Virus record (IMG/VR): IMGVR_UViG_3300038701_001599
Span: 1 to 64,000 of that record
Length of the DNA stretch: 64,000 bases
Reading direction: 5' to 3' (one strand)
Source: a virus
Shown here: one piece after another, positions 54,201 through 62,900 of the stretch
Position numbering within the stretch: the first letter of the stretch is position 1
Layout: every line of letters begins with the position of its first letter
The notes under the pieces: model-generated
Told to the model about the DNA's origin: nothing
What the model saw: only the letters and a program-made list of their open reading frames with translations
The model's database searches: none
Program-made: the position numbers and the translations under genes

Positions 54201-56059
54201 TCATTTTTATAAGCATCCTTTTGTACTTCTAGCTGACTAGGAGTTTGTGCTTTAGTAGCTTCTGTTTGAACCTCAGATAATCTTTCTTGTCTAATCTGTT
54301 CTGCTTTTTCTTTTTTAACTTCCTCTCTTTTTTCTTTGCTATTGAACTCTTTAAACTCTTTTCTAGCAGTATCTAAATTGTTTTCAGCAGTTACTACTAA
54401 ATTAGCTAGTCTTTCTATAATAGTATCATTAGAAGTAGGAGTAGGACTACCCTTTTCAGTTTCTTTTAATTGTCTAACTTCTTCTTCATACTTTTTAATT
54501 AAGCTTTCATTTTTAGCCTTCTTAGCTGCTTTAAGCTTCTCTGCTGCACTTTTCTTTTGAGCATTAATATCAGTCTCATATTGAGATAATTGAGAGCTTA
54601 CATCAGATATATATTCTTCATTAAATCTTTGGGCAAATAAGTTTTTAATCTTTTTTTCTTTAACATCAGGATCAGCCTCATTAATAGAATTAGCTATCTG
54701 ATCGTAATAGTCTATATAAGAAATAGCTTTTTGTGAATTTTCAGCCTGCTCTGGAGTAACTCCTTTTGTATTAATAGCATTTTGAAAACTCTTTTTTAAC
54801 ACATCTAATTTACCTTCTTGAGCATGTTGGTTAATAACATCATAAACATGTTGATTATTAACTTCAGCTAGCTTATATTGATTATTATCACTTTGGAATT
54901 TCTGAGCTTTTGTCATTTTACTCTTATAATTATCTGCTATTCTAGTAGCAGCCTTACCTACAGCAGTAAATACAGCACCACCTAAAGCACCTTGTACCAT
55001 AGCTTGCTGCATTTCTGTATCACTAAGCCCATCTAAAAATTCATTAAATATAGTACTATCTTGTTTCTTTTCTCCAAGTCTATAAGCTATTTCATTTTTA
55101 GCCTCTTGAGCTACTGCATATTGATAACCTTCTTCAAAAGCTTCACTGCCCATCTGACCTCCTAAACTAGCAACTCCTTTTAACTTAGAAAACTTACCAG
55201 CAGTTCCTAAAGCATTTAATATACCATTAAATTGCAGCATATCTACTGCTGCTAACATAAAGTTATTAGTATATACTCTAGCAGAAGCATCTCCAGCTAA
55301 CTTCTTAGCTTTTTCTTCACTATGGCCTTTTCTAATTAAATCAGCATAAGTAGAATTAAATGTTTCATAGGCTTCCATACCTCCTTCAATCATTCTAGAG
55401 GTAGCCGCCATTCTAGCAGACTTAGTTAATTGTGCTGCTTTAGAACCACTCTGAATCCATGCTTCAGCATTAGCAATATGCTTACCTACTTGGCCTACTT
55501 TACTAAGTCTACTAGCTAATGCAGGATATGCTAAACCTTCTGTTAAAAATGTAGCTGCTAACATAGCTACTGTAGGGCCAAATTGTGCAATAGTATTAGC
55601 TGTCCACTCTCCATCAAAAGGATTAAACAAAGTTTCTTTACTAGCCTGATCCCTATAAATAGGAGCAGCTTCTTCTCCTACTCCTTTTAGCCAGTTTCCA
55701 GCATCTATAAATATATTATCCATTTCTTCAGAACTTCCAAATACTGGGGCTACTGCTCCTACACCTTCAAATACGTAACCAGGAGTAGCTATAATATCTC
55801 CTACAGTACCAGTTACTAATTGTACAAAAGAGTTTCCAATAGCTTTCCAATTACTTTGTTGCCTTGCTGCATAATCATCTTGGTTTAGTCCATGTACTAA
55901 TCCGTCATCATAATCTGTACTACCAAATAAACCTTTAGTTTCACCTAAAGTTCTAAATTCTCCTATTACATCAGAACCAGGTACATATCCTCCTCCATGA
56001 GATCTACCTATTTTTAAAGTCTTACCTTTACCAGGATTTTTAGACTTATTATCTTTCAT
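42278..56059 (-). CDS. Giant polyvalent virion-cargo protein (4,593 aa): YkuD-like, zincin HEXXH, ART-like and beta-prime-type DPBB RNA polymerase motifs
   Basis: Uninterrupted 13.8-kb ORF. TPAGTF...FHPN...SFGCVSV (Cys2145); YHEAFH (2276-2280); LYHGS..FYFTA..Y (His2402); RIPNEDKYS..IVLPPEVTTIAGLDFDIDKV (Asp3825/3827/3829). Confidence 0.7.
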   Translation of the reverse strand: MKDNKSKNPGKGKTLKIGRSHGGGYVPGSDVIGEFRTLGETKGLFGSTDYDDGLVHGLNQDDYAARQQSNWKAIGNSFVQLVTGTVGDIIATPGYVFEGVGAVAPVFGSSEEMDNIFIDAGNWLKGVGEEAAPIYRDQASKETLFNPFDGEWTANTIAQFGPTVAMLAATFLTEGLAYPALASRLSKVGQVGKHIANAEAWIQSGSKAAQLTKSARMAATSRMIEGGMEAYETFNSTYADLIRKGHSEEKAKKLAGDASARVYTNNFMLAAVDMLQFNGILNALGTAGKFSKLKGVASLGGQMGSEAFEEGYQYAVAQEAKNEIAYRLGEKKQDSTIFNEFLDGLSDTEMQQAMVQGALGGAVFTAVGKAATRIADNYKSKMTKAQKFQSDNNQYKLAEVNNQHVYDVINQHAQEGKLDVLKKSFQNAINTKGVTPEQAENSQKAISYIDYYDQIANSINEADPDVKEKKIKNLFAQRFNEEYISDVSSQLSQYETDINAQKKSAAEKLKAAKKAKNESLIKKYEEEVRQLKETEKGSPTPTSNDTIIERLANLVVTAENNLDTARKEFKEFNSKEKREEVKKEKAEQIRQERLSEVQTEATKAQTPSQLEVQKDAYKNDTEALDILKAVENNKAKAEVGNTKEPITTDVDTILDYYKDKPFARKRKFNVNTQDELISKLGPASTTETTNEEKGKKFLEGAAKAQKEEAAKKAKEESKGKPEAKESKSTPNVKNTEGEADIKAEIAELEAKIVKLKNEKATAKKSQGPLIQQEIRDIESLIEKLKRPSTVPIPKSLRETVVPVIIKGKEYTIFDNDAIDREVTFVNIDGKTYGFYRSSSGTSGKQAGNWYPFYGLSNWVIKDGWADKAKTQWTFNSEASAELQSKLEEAANKLNKEWNSKKLPKKSIPYLDATAAELNKALGLPIDENVSYKKDIKERNKLKKYVAENGFGIKISIKQPEKVPENTPVQEEPAEPEPATTQTTPKEKPIKQILNESVENETRKEAKLSEVEQVPQIEEINNSESEELEQTFENEDGKDQSYAQVYDTGLFKFQKFKGQWGIYLNHIQGGFIPVDAVEEVRDGNGDYLYHKVDSSSINQYHIPKKLRINEYYPLKDSKGYPIKSTFGNVIRDYNIDAVKELYKYKDEEVFIEIDTQDNFNATQQSGRIRIDYVIYPNGVRTVIGVMPAVKEYSKDSYKEIRQQIFNELIANNRTPNTESKTFRYSKSTKIGKILGGRFNTFYDKSQRNNPKSVINDNNPLILGVGYNIPGNFDSYDIHLNLNVEDNRENNLQPPNSKLAEFAKDKPIKKGRLTTGQPYVLVRNANNDLIPIRVFSKPVKSVPRLRDKLLNLIREFKKDAAAEIIKFNVVNKKGVKKLIPDFDNNLSDIYSGVKVVLADGKIQFKSQLGGANFSIQKNSEGVEYSTKGLTEGMILVDTTSNTNYQLTEKVNGKWQVQKLDSNFNKVGESTSAEFLNEAMAQGNIELHYAYNYYMFYDMDNRPLQIDHKKVNIGNYNETVANERLESDLVPKNNFASPKFQVDLNTLRKKEQPKKKEAAKKEVPKNIEQRKKDIEKRRKEELSKANKQYKGDELVELELTPEGELGFRVQGWIEIRNDLVKKLDRKDSKKAQSYVKALMKVGKTFEEISELVKEKFGISVSAGKYILQETTYNKINAKYDAELASLETQVPTDQDTTKGIKVEQFIITEKDGKYFYDNGNEVTDESTINKYLVKKDYDPGRKVDHANTSYYVLPDNRIISLGKTTKGKERFKSGKTREKILSKVTPSVSTTTVEGTQQPLQSTQEQIIEVNKALDVSKVVDNKKRVNTPETTIESKPTETGESPVEGKVLSPLEMMRRKRATKKDTPQEPKVPALKEIREQVENLLTKEKIALEEAYEEAKQDVSNSQDNSTLEKFVSNQVVNYNTGKRVMSKIKDIIKKISKAILSVAVISSLYFTNTAFISPDTKIEKSEFFTRAANGVINYQDSISVDNLTLTGNAAKVYALQQNNFNKGELKSGYVIADKPNARVLIFDSSNNLVKEFPSIFGANYGDQQFKVSIAWENLTPEGKAKFKNPYNYYNQLGIPKITPAGTFKLSKLDNTDYGSEYIYALEGTNSGGLINAFHPNIKSTIKNLKSSNIEDNKASFGCVSVSIENWKSFVEPNLNSDSVIFVLPDSESTEFNPESIGTSVDPYVWDVSNKLEKLGVEIPKFKTVDSNKPREVWNKEEELAWLKENLPNVSNKVYDSLTFLKQFGINGYGAFYNGVIHLLESAQAGTTYHEAFHAVFNMYLSEKEAGRILRAADKRYNVSSKEVSDMIAQVKESGIDISETEAKDLVLEEKLADDFMEYVKSQNKFTKTHSFHNKNAVNFLFKNNEELAKVGTTTEYLDYLSSNFSGSEFSNILYHGSYKEGVIEQFDSSFIGEGFGTPSDLNFYFTAKRDLAEQYSRSILDTEANADVSKNITLAILKNAETKWDIGNLDYFTPRSENIYSLGTKQDIENFKKWKNSKTSISLPSRIKRVFKNLLEFIQSLVNNKPTIDQLFWRINEGQFANKEFKRDVSSILPKFKKHPLYPNPAEYQRVIDTMTSVLDDVLSTFREQNPDTPIKDIVKNNLLFPSKAEVTAEDLADNLILSLDNENSVYNKVLDRMAELDSQDILDEETAQQFNDFLNALAVPVEKEDGTISLRPKLLAFDILKNLSSRGIIINLDTRKLEEDEFGRAEIEPDNTDFVEENDMREAWQILSFTISQLDKLGEKLKFEFNKIPVVKWSDTSKTEVTPVEGFLSFNKHYNLGHVYRQVQQVAGNSFSRLNMENKLRTAALSKPMFKYIMDTYGSDNDFLGLLWIHIGQKQHPKFVSAIQDKDRGKVRSKVIPTNAVSKVNKITENLVGSLFTNSSLFTSTGKPNVEKAKEVNSKFNKIKEVIKNHYSNNAGKKLPDNILESFYEALQSINLSIPIEALEYANDRNNKDFRKVMTNKTNSIYSFIENIANGKDPIEEGNDGIKNFVKQISSGYDYDVQDAHKNSTGGQVYEWLDSNFLGRTILELKDKVAGIKKIQSLQQDMYYQFSPLLNLIKNGHSETPNNIDYYLNPNEINFAIPSEIKMVGESLPTEYSNMSERQLYINLLMLYYNSNHVGNKAYLPLPVHADSPTMTAIEIPVIKNLNTKETGQKGILDYLNDAAYQELVRVNLDRTTTKNQKSKNRDSNGNSKFLFFDVLESNTPTFKGLNKKKELLSLDLEQDQDRIREILAEVVEEQYNNTLIAERTKMEELNIISYNSEKDKYEWKDDLLNNTPVEVFAEHFVANFMLFQNQFTGLFNGDLSYYKNVGDYYKRAKQIWSPGTYLDTTQTRVNFNAKILKTNAIDKNMKESSYDAIYAAALALYGDESVAKKVAAPYEKGVDETDAQSYIDLFRYKEQQDGLHRWSNTKEQSYRRLLKGEFNIQDMENLELFNVNKPFYFGFHYNDATKEVYPVQNKNSEAIIIPAFANPNNTFYNSKFKEMLLDMGYNENGTIDNIEEFEAKRRAPNNNLTDQFVFDSAIKLGLFGESDNIKEAKTHKFNNSDWRLQMETPIHHVNDKVVFATQVRKHMLNDLEMDSKIYRDPDNPSNMITGAEWLEKYNEVIIKDIQESYSKVSKKFDNFDSLINTLREEVIKRDLGDQYLQALDYWKEQVTDVGGNVTEVINTKLPLWHPLHLYRIESMLNSLFTKGVTRQELTNGVTLANMSSYGFRDKPKLVFNKDGSLNYMEAYAPVYDKKLYPYIDENGKFNEKQFDKDYGKGASEKALRGIVWRIPNEDKYSTFSIRIKGFLPQETGGTIVLPPEVTTIAGLDFDIDKVYGFFYNADHKNKKINPNTLDNKKTRDNRKLELMRSVLESTKGTKSFLSPGNFDTIKANNNVINEAKMESGKRKFTKEGDEFIEKVNVMSPSTHAEISDRNLTGKALIGVSANANAAHAIFQLASTLKLKTPFKFDGKEYSDLNLQYVVGKSKLITKVISETLAAFVDNGKDPQAKYSNINSYTIDVAMGMALSGIDLDTIQYFLSQEVIEDFTISYFNNGANVKAENLAKEEAALKLGINKKEFNIGKKNVNSGNITEFSTDFLKDNVATKLDSDTSAKLLKTFLIYKKLSKPISNLVTAVKIGEQGLGPSDSDNLYRLDQLEAYNFEGLEGAEELLNRTDLFPYHLNRVIENGRKLIIGDRNKGELYLPDRDTGAFYLLRQMFNNYKADTNLTVKEIEFINKNYLDYLASTDPFFAFDKNLIATISKNLSTAKDLNSNYSDKYSPLLNRLNLDVDKNNNITYIVYTGISGQDKKVVDVIRDTWESMLYDDTALSGDYKYSDLAKDLIKYSFMVAGFRISPQSFSHLQPVGFYTDFLPDFNKNMEHQIKAAEAIQVDQDNGVGAYSQYVSHFFHQFVRNHFRSLAYIPRADIENKSNIRTFKLENNKLQYVVIGNESNEFLNKDGEFVNYIKATVNKETVLLTLKSTRDKAAIYAPTEALGTYKTREKGGLTSGKMFTQYEFGTQPSTNFKQNQVSETKVPTEIPTESVEAKLESLWDTFKEKLTAKNPSMTYDEFRKGYEIIAKKKKFTTLEEFEQYLKNC

Positions 56060-56063
56060 TTAT

Positions 56064-57977
56064 CTACTCTCTATTTAGCGGTTCATTATTTAATTTTTTA
56101 AATTCACTACCCTCTTTTCTATATATATTAAATCCTTTTGTAGTGTACTCCATTTTATAAGTACCTCTAGAATTTATATATTCTCCTAAACCGTTAGGTA
56201 CTTGTCTGCCATCACTAGTAGTATAGACTTGAGGCATTGGAGGTAATTCTTCTACTACACTAAAATTATTAAGGGGAGATTGTTGTGCTCTATACATCAT
56301 ATTTAAACCATATTCAGGCTTCTGTTTGTCATACATTAAAGGCTCTGCTCTATACTCTTTGTCTCCTATTTGAAAAGTTCTAGTACCATAAGGAAGCATA
56401 GATTCTGGTTGGGACACTTTAGTTTCTACATTAGGCATTCCTTCTTTTTTAACCTGCTTCATTAATTCTGTTCCAGAGACAGGGGACTTGTCTTCTTGGC
56501 TATAAACTTTTAAATTTGAAATAAATCCTGGAGTAGCTTGGTTATCATTATTAAAGGAATTAAATAAAATACTGTTTTCTAATTTCTTTTGTTTCTCATC
56601 AAATATTAGAGAAGAGGTTGCAGAAATAGTAGCCCTATCTAATTCTTGATTAAAATAATTACCTAAAGTATTTATTTTTTCTTGCTCATTCATTGGAATT
56701 TTTTCCCCATTTTCATTTTCTTTAACAAACATACCTCTTTCTTCTAGAATTTGTACAGTATTTTGAAGTTGTGGACTATTTAAAGGGTCTTTTATAACCT
56801 CGTCTTTTCCAAATAAACCTCTAATGGCAGAGTCAAACATCATACCAATTCCTGTTGGAGTTAATCCTTCTACTGCCATTACTCCAGCTCTATAATCTTT
56901 CTCTTTTTTAGCTTTAGAACCTTTTAATTTAAATGCCCCGTCTTCAGTAATTTCAACTTTATCTGCAAACATTCCCTTACTTGTATTAAAAGGCTGCGTC
57001 AATACAGCTAAATTAGACATTCTTTCACTTTCTTCTACAGCCCTTTTTGCTTTCCACATAGCCCAATCATTAGTAATTACTTTGTCGGTAACGTCATCTT
57101 CTTGGAAAGCAGTGCCTCTAGTAATACCTTGCAACAATTGTCCTAAAGAAGTATTAGCAAATTTAACTCTTCCCTGTTTATCTTGAACAGGCATTCCATC
57201 TTCATCTACTTCAAATATTTGGCTTTGATTACCTTCAAGACCATAAGCTTCTCCTAATACTTGCTCACTAGCTAAAATTTCAGGAGTAGTTTGTTCTGCT
57301 AAAGCCATAGCTGCTTTATTCCAATCTATAAATTTAGTTTTATTTCTTACTAATAAATCTTTAAAGCTTAATCCCTTTAAAGCGTTTCTATCTAAAAAAG
57401 CATCTCCTACTATCTGATCTGCTGAAATATTTCCAACTACTTGGTCATAATATTTCATTTTTTCTTCAGAGCTTAATACTTTAGTTAAATTAGGATTTCC
57501 TATACCATAGTTACCAGCATTTGCTGCTTCTTCATAAGGACTAATTTGTATTTGATTTTTATAATAATTTGCTACTCTAGGATCATCGTAAGTTTCGTCT
57601 ATTTTTTTATTTATACTTTCTATAGTCTCTAGTCTTTTTTGAAAAATATCTGCTTTACCACCAGGTTGCCAATCTCTTGATATTTCTCTCAACAATTCTT
57701 TTCTTCTTCTATTTCCTGCACTAACTCCTTCATCTGAATAACTTTGTGCTAAGCCGTCTATTTTACTTCTAACACTACTCATATAGTCTTCTAAAGCCAT
57801 TCTTTCTTCTGGAGATTGATAATGTTTAGGTACTTTTTCTCCTACTGCTAAAGCTTGGTCATAAGTTTGCTGTTGACTACCTAAAGTAGTAGCCAACGCA
57901 GCAAAGTCTGGAACGTAAGTTTGAGGAACATAATTACTTCTAACAGGAATTATTTGCCTAAAACGATTAATAGCCAT
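56064..57977 (-). CDS. Virion-module hypothetical protein (637 aa)
   Basis: ORF track; 4-nt and 2-nt spacers to its neighbours. No recognised motif. Confidence 0.65.
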   Translation of the reverse strand: MAINRFRQIIPVRSNYVPQTYVPDFAALATTLGSQQQTYDQALAVGEKVPKHYQSPEERMALEDYMSSVRSKIDGLAQSYSDEGVSAGNRRRKELLREISRDWQPGGKADIFQKRLETIESINKKIDETYDDPRVANYYKNQIQISPYEEAANAGNYGIGNPNLTKVLSSEEKMKYYDQVVGNISADQIVGDAFLDRNALKGLSFKDLLVRNKTKFIDWNKAAMALAEQTTPEILASEQVLGEAYGLEGNQSQIFEVDEDGMPVQDKQGRVKFANTSLGQLLQGITRGTAFQEDDVTDKVITNDWAMWKAKRAVEESERMSNLAVLTQPFNTSKGMFADKVEITEDGAFKLKGSKAKKEKDYRAGVMAVEGLTPTGIGMMFDSAIRGLFGKDEVIKDPLNSPQLQNTVQILEERGMFVKENENGEKIPMNEQEKINTLGNYFNQELDRATISATSSLIFDEKQKKLENSILFNSFNNDNQATPGFISNLKVYSQEDKSPVSGTELMKQVKKEGMPNVETKVSQPESMLPYGTRTFQIGDKEYRAEPLMYDKQKPEYGLNMMYRAQQSPLNNFSVVEELPPMPQVYTTSDGRQVPNGLGEYINSRGTYKMEYTTKGFNIYRKEGSEFKKLNNEPLNRE

Positions 57978-57979
57978 AT

Positions 57980-59992
57980 TTATTTATCATTTAGTCTGGT
58001 AAATACAATTAATTCTTGATCTGACAAATCTTCAGGACGCATTTGACCTTTAGACACTTTTATAAGGTTACTTACCATATCATTATTTACATCAAAATCA
58101 GGAGCTATCATATTAAGTAAAGCCTTTCCTTCTTCAATCTTAGCAGCAGTAATATTTCTAACATCCTTAGCAGTACTAAGTCTATCTGCTTCAGCAACAA
58201 CATCAGCCATAAACTGTCTGCGAATATCTTGACTTCTAGCTTTATTTTGTAAGTTTGCTACTTGTTGCTCTTGTTCTATATTTCTTACTACATTAGCCTT
58301 ATTAGCTTCGTATTGTCCTTGTTGTCCTAATATCTGATTACGCATCTGCTGTTCTTGCATTCCTATTCTACCTAATTGATCTTGTAAATTGCCTATATTA
58401 GAAAGTTCTCTAGCTCTAAATTGAGAGTAACTAGAACTTGCTCCTCTGTTTAGATCACTAGCTCTATTAGAAGCGCCTGTAACATCTTGTCTAGCTTGGT
58501 CTAAAGTTGCATTCATAGCATTAATTCTTTCATCAGATTTAGAATAATCTGGAGTAATAAGTCTATCCTCTTCAGCAGGCTGTAAAGCATCAATACCAGA
58601 AGCTACTAGTCCTGCAGTTCTAAGTATTTGATCTAACCCTATTCCAGATTTATCTGTATTAGGAGTATTAGCAGGATTAACATTTACATTTGGACTAGGA
58701 ATATTACTTAGATTCATTTCTGGCATAGTGTTAGTAGATGCACTCATACTTTCTACTTGATCGTTCCCTCTAGTAAAAAGTTCTGGAATTGGTCTAAACA
58801 TCTCTATCCTATTATAAGGATTGTCTGATAATGAAAAATCTAATGGTTTAAATGTAGGAACTTCTTGTATATTTTCATAACCACTCATTGGGCCAGTTAA
58901 AGGGTCTTGAGGTGGCATACCACCAGATAAAGAACCTCCTGGAGCATATTTAGTTTTACCACCATACCTCATCTGAACCATATTAGATACAGCATTCTTA
59001 GCAGCATTTATAGTCTCATTAATATCTTCTACGCCCTTAATTTCCATTTCCATTGCTGCCTTAGAAGTTAAATCTGTATCAGGATTTTTATTTTTATATT
59101 TAGAAATAATATCTTTTACCATATTAGAAGTCTGATTAGCATCACTAAACACATAATTAGTTCCAACCTTATCTGGTAAGGTACTATATTTATATGAATT
59201 TTCTGTACCTTCTATTTCAGCGACAGGGTTTTGAGTATCTGGAACTCCTTCTTTATTAACCATCTGTCCTCCCATTTCGTGACTAGGAGCATTATATTGT
59301 TTAAATCCAGATACTTCTCCTCCATCTTTCATTTGCTGATTCATAGTATAAATATCAGTATTACCTTCTTGATTCATACCCATTTTAGCAACTCCTGCTA
59401 CTCCGCCAATTGCTGTGCCTAAACCAGGAGTAATTAAATTTAAAGCAGGAGCAAATTTTTGTAAGAAGTTTAAACCTCCTCCTTTTTCCATTTGTAATTT
59501 TGGAGCATAATTACTATTAGTATCTACTGGAGATTGTTGAGTTGGAGTGTACTCTTGCCTTAGTTCTTTTGCAAACTCTGTGTTAGGATACTGTTGCATA
59601 TAATTAATAGCAGAATTACCTTTATTTACTAGTGCCTTTTTATAATTAGTTACGGATTGATTATAAGCTTTATCTGCTTTTGCCATAGCATTAGGATCAT
59701 AAGAGTCTCCATAAACTTTTTGGCCTAAATAATTAGCTATATTATCTAATATACCTCCATCTTCTTTTTTACCTTCTCTTTTATTTTTTAAGTGAACATT
59801 TGCCCACAAACCTCTACGAGTTTCTCTTCCATCTTCAGTAACATAAGTATTTTTATTTTTTAAATATCCGCCTTTTTTTAATTCTTGTACTGCTCCACTA
59901 TTAATTAAGTCTCTAATAATTTCTGCAGGGTTTTTAAATTCTCCTACTTTAACTTTTTCAGTAAAGTTCTTTTTGTTATTTCTTATTGCCAT
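57980..59992 (-). CDS. Virion-module hypothetical protein (670 aa) with repeated QMxxGG motifs and C-terminal coiled-coil-like region
   Basis: ORF track; QMEKGG, QMKDGG, HEMGG, QMRYGG, KKGGY, EDGGI. Confidence 0.65.
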   Translation of the reverse strand: MAIRNNKKNFTEKVKVGEFKNPAEIIRDLINSGAVQELKKGGYLKNKNTYVTEDGRETRRGLWANVHLKNKREGKKEDGGILDNIANYLGQKVYGDSYDPNAMAKADKAYNQSVTNYKKALVNKGNSAINYMQQYPNTEFAKELRQEYTPTQQSPVDTNSNYAPKLQMEKGGGLNFLQKFAPALNLITPGLGTAIGGVAGVAKMGMNQEGNTDIYTMNQQMKDGGEVSGFKQYNAPSHEMGGQMVNKEGVPDTQNPVAEIEGTENSYKYSTLPDKVGTNYVFSDANQTSNMVKDIISKYKNKNPDTDLTSKAAMEMEIKGVEDINETINAAKNAVSNMVQMRYGGKTKYAPGGSLSGGMPPQDPLTGPMSGYENIQEVPTFKPLDFSLSDNPYNRIEMFRPIPELFTRGNDQVESMSASTNTMPEMNLSNIPSPNVNVNPANTPNTDKSGIGLDQILRTAGLVASGIDALQPAEEDRLITPDYSKSDERINAMNATLDQARQDVTGASNRASDLNRGASSSYSQFRARELSNIGNLQDQLGRIGMQEQQMRNQILGQQGQYEANKANVVRNIEQEQQVANLQNKARSQDIRRQFMADVVAEADRLSTAKDVRNITAAKIEEGKALLNMIAPDFDVNNDMVSNLIKVSKGQMRPEDLSDQELIVFTRLNDK

Positions 59993-59993
59993 T

Positions 59994-62900
59994 TTATCTT
60001 ATTGATTGCATTTCCATTGTGTTTGAAAGTCTATGAGTAACTTTTTCAGAATCTTTATTAGGATAATAATAAAGTCTTACAATTAAAAATTTATCTCTCA
60101 ATTCTCCTGCTTGATAAGGAGATTTACTATAGTCTATATTTTGAGGTACTTTATCTATATAACCATTTAAGGTTAATTCATTTTCTAATTCTTCTGGATT
60201 TTCTGAAAAAATAATATTACTAGTAGAGTAGTCCCACAAATTACTAATTTTTGAATTTAAATCAGTCTCTACAATATATTTAGTATTTGTGTTATTACTA
60301 ATTTGAGAGTAAGGGTTATCTTGTTGATTATATAAATTTAAATTTAGTTTTCCTGTACTTTGATTAGTATTGTAAGCCCATAAATTATTATAGTTAGTAT
60401 TATCTACTTTATAATTATTATCAGTAAAAGTAGCATAATAATGTACAGCTTTAGTTATGTCTGTTGAAAAATCATTTGCTACATATTCTATAATAAAAGG
60501 ATATTGGGTATCAAAGTATTTAGAAAAACTATTTTTATGTAAATGTTTATATATCTTATTATCTTTAACAGTATAATAAAAAGTTTCATCATTAAACATA
60601 ATATCAGTAAGATAAGAGTGAAAAGAAATAAAAGCTTTATTTTTAAAAGAATAAGATATACACCACCCCCTACGGTGGAAAAAGTTTGAATTTTCTAAAC
60701 TAACTTTTCTTAAACTTGAGTTATAATTAACTACAAATTGATTAGTATTAGTATTAAAATAAAGTTTATTTTGTTCTAGACTATTTACTTGAGTACTATT
60801 ATTAACAACTGTAATATCCTTATCTTTAGGAGTATAGTCTTTTTTATTTATTATTACTCTTTCAAATCTAGGGTCATACACCATACTAATACCTACTCCG
60901 TCTATATCATTTATAGAGTCGTTATATAAATAAGGTTTACCAGTTAGGCTTTTTACAAACTCATTTATTTCCAACCTGCTATTTTCTTTAAACCATTGCA
61001 GCATTCCTAGATTAGATAAATTATCTATACCCTGAGTTAAACTTAATACTTTACCAGTAAGAGAGTCAAACCATACATAACCATACTCACTATTAGATGT
61101 TGCTAATTTATTTTGTAAGCCTCCATAACCTAAATCTGTTTGCATTATTTCATAAGGGGGAATACTAAGAAAGTCTCCAGTATTTAAATAAGCAGTATTT
61201 TGGTCAGTAGAAATAAATTGAGGGTTAGGCTGAAGTATAAAAGTAGTTTGTTCTGTATGTACGTATAATTTATTATTCTTATATTTCATACCTGTTATTT
61301 TACCTCTATGGTAAGGTAGATCTATATAGTCGTCTACAAAGTTTAGTCTATAAAAGTCACTAATTTCTTCATTAAAACTTTGAGGAGAAAATATAATTCG
61401 ATTGGGCCTATGTGCTAAACAAGCATCACAGTAGTCAAAATTAAAAGGTAGTTGAATTCCTACATTGGTATTAAATGGACTGTAATCTTTATTATATCTA
61501 TAATATTCTCTACATGGGTTAGTTCTAGGCCTCCAATTACTTCCATTAAATTCAGCTACTTTATTAATAGTATAAACACTTAATTCTTGGTTAGTATTAT
61601 AAACAGTATTACACCCAGTTCCTTCAACTCTTAGATCAAAATTAACAGTTGAGTCTACAAATATATTTTTAGCGTATTCATATCTAACGCTAACATTATT
61701 ACTACCAAATAGTTCAGGCAACCAGTTGCCTCCTAGTGCAGAAGATATTCTTTTAATAGAATAAATATCTAGTTCATTAGTAAATGCTTTACCCTGATAA
61801 GTAATTTGAGAATCTGATAAAGTTAATATATCACTAATTGGCTCATACTGTAATTGAAATAAATTAGTAAAAGGAGTTACATTTCTTTTTAAAGAAACTA
61901 TTACATTAGCAATATTATTATTTAATCCAGGTTCTTGAAATACTCCTCTATTTAATTCTACTGCTAATATATTATTACTAAAGTTTTGGTTTTTTATAGT
62001 TCTAGCAAAGTCTCCATTAAATATACTATTAGGAGAAATTAATTTATTTTTATTTACAACTCTATATCTAGTAGATAGTGTTGATAAATTACTATTATAA
62101 TTCCATTGAGCGCCATTTGTAGTAAAATCATCAAAGTCTTGTATATTAGAATTAACTATATCATCTACATTTTGATAACTAACTACTTTAATATAATCTA
62201 AGTTAGTAAGTTCTCCAGAAAGTATTTTAGGACTTATAAGACCTCTAAATTTAAGTTCTGGGTCTACACTAGTAGCACCGTTAAAACTGCTCCCAGAGAT
62301 GCTTGAATCGCCTCCAAAAGTAAAAAATTCTTCTCCTTCTATTCCATATCCTACAATAAAACCATAATCTAATACAGTTTTATCAGACTCTGTTCTTTTT
62401 GCTGAAACAAATCTATGACCTACAATATTAGGATCAGGATATTCTATATTGTCAAACTCTAATCCAATTTTACTTACTCTAGTTCTACCAGAAGAATTTT
62501 TAAATGTAATAGGTCTATTTCTTCTACAAGGTATTCTATGATGTCTAACAGGAGTTCCTGCTAACTCTCCATAAATAGGTTCATTATCACAATCAAGGGT
62601 TTCAGGATAATTAGTATTAGTTTCATAATAACCTAAATTACCAGAGATAGCTCCTGTAGCAGTATTTTCATATTTCCATCTTGGTATTTTATCTCCTACA
62701 TTAAGTTCTAAGTGGGCTGCATCTTCTGGATTTATATTAACGCCTACTTCTAAATCTACAGTATCAAAAATATCTGAAGGCCTGCCTGGTATATGAAATA
62801 CAGGACTAATAGTACCATCATTAAATATATACTCAATACCAAGAGCATACACTTCATCTGCTAAAAAAGTATTACCATTAATATAATTAAGTGGGTTTTT

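Noticed and set aside
52900-54700. Apparent repetitiveness of the K/E/A-rich part of the giant gene as a tandem DNA repeat or mobile insertion
   Set aside because: At nucleotide level I saw compositional bias (AAG/GAA/GCT-rich codons) but no exact repeating unit. This is consistent with a low-complexity coiled-coil or linker region rather than a repeat element.
42278-56059. Giant protein as an N4-like (T7-type single-subunit) virion RNA polymerase
   Set aside because: I found no T7-type palm motifs. The DFDID triad instead sits in a beta-prime-like I.L.P.V......DFD.D context, which indicates a two-barrel polymerase.
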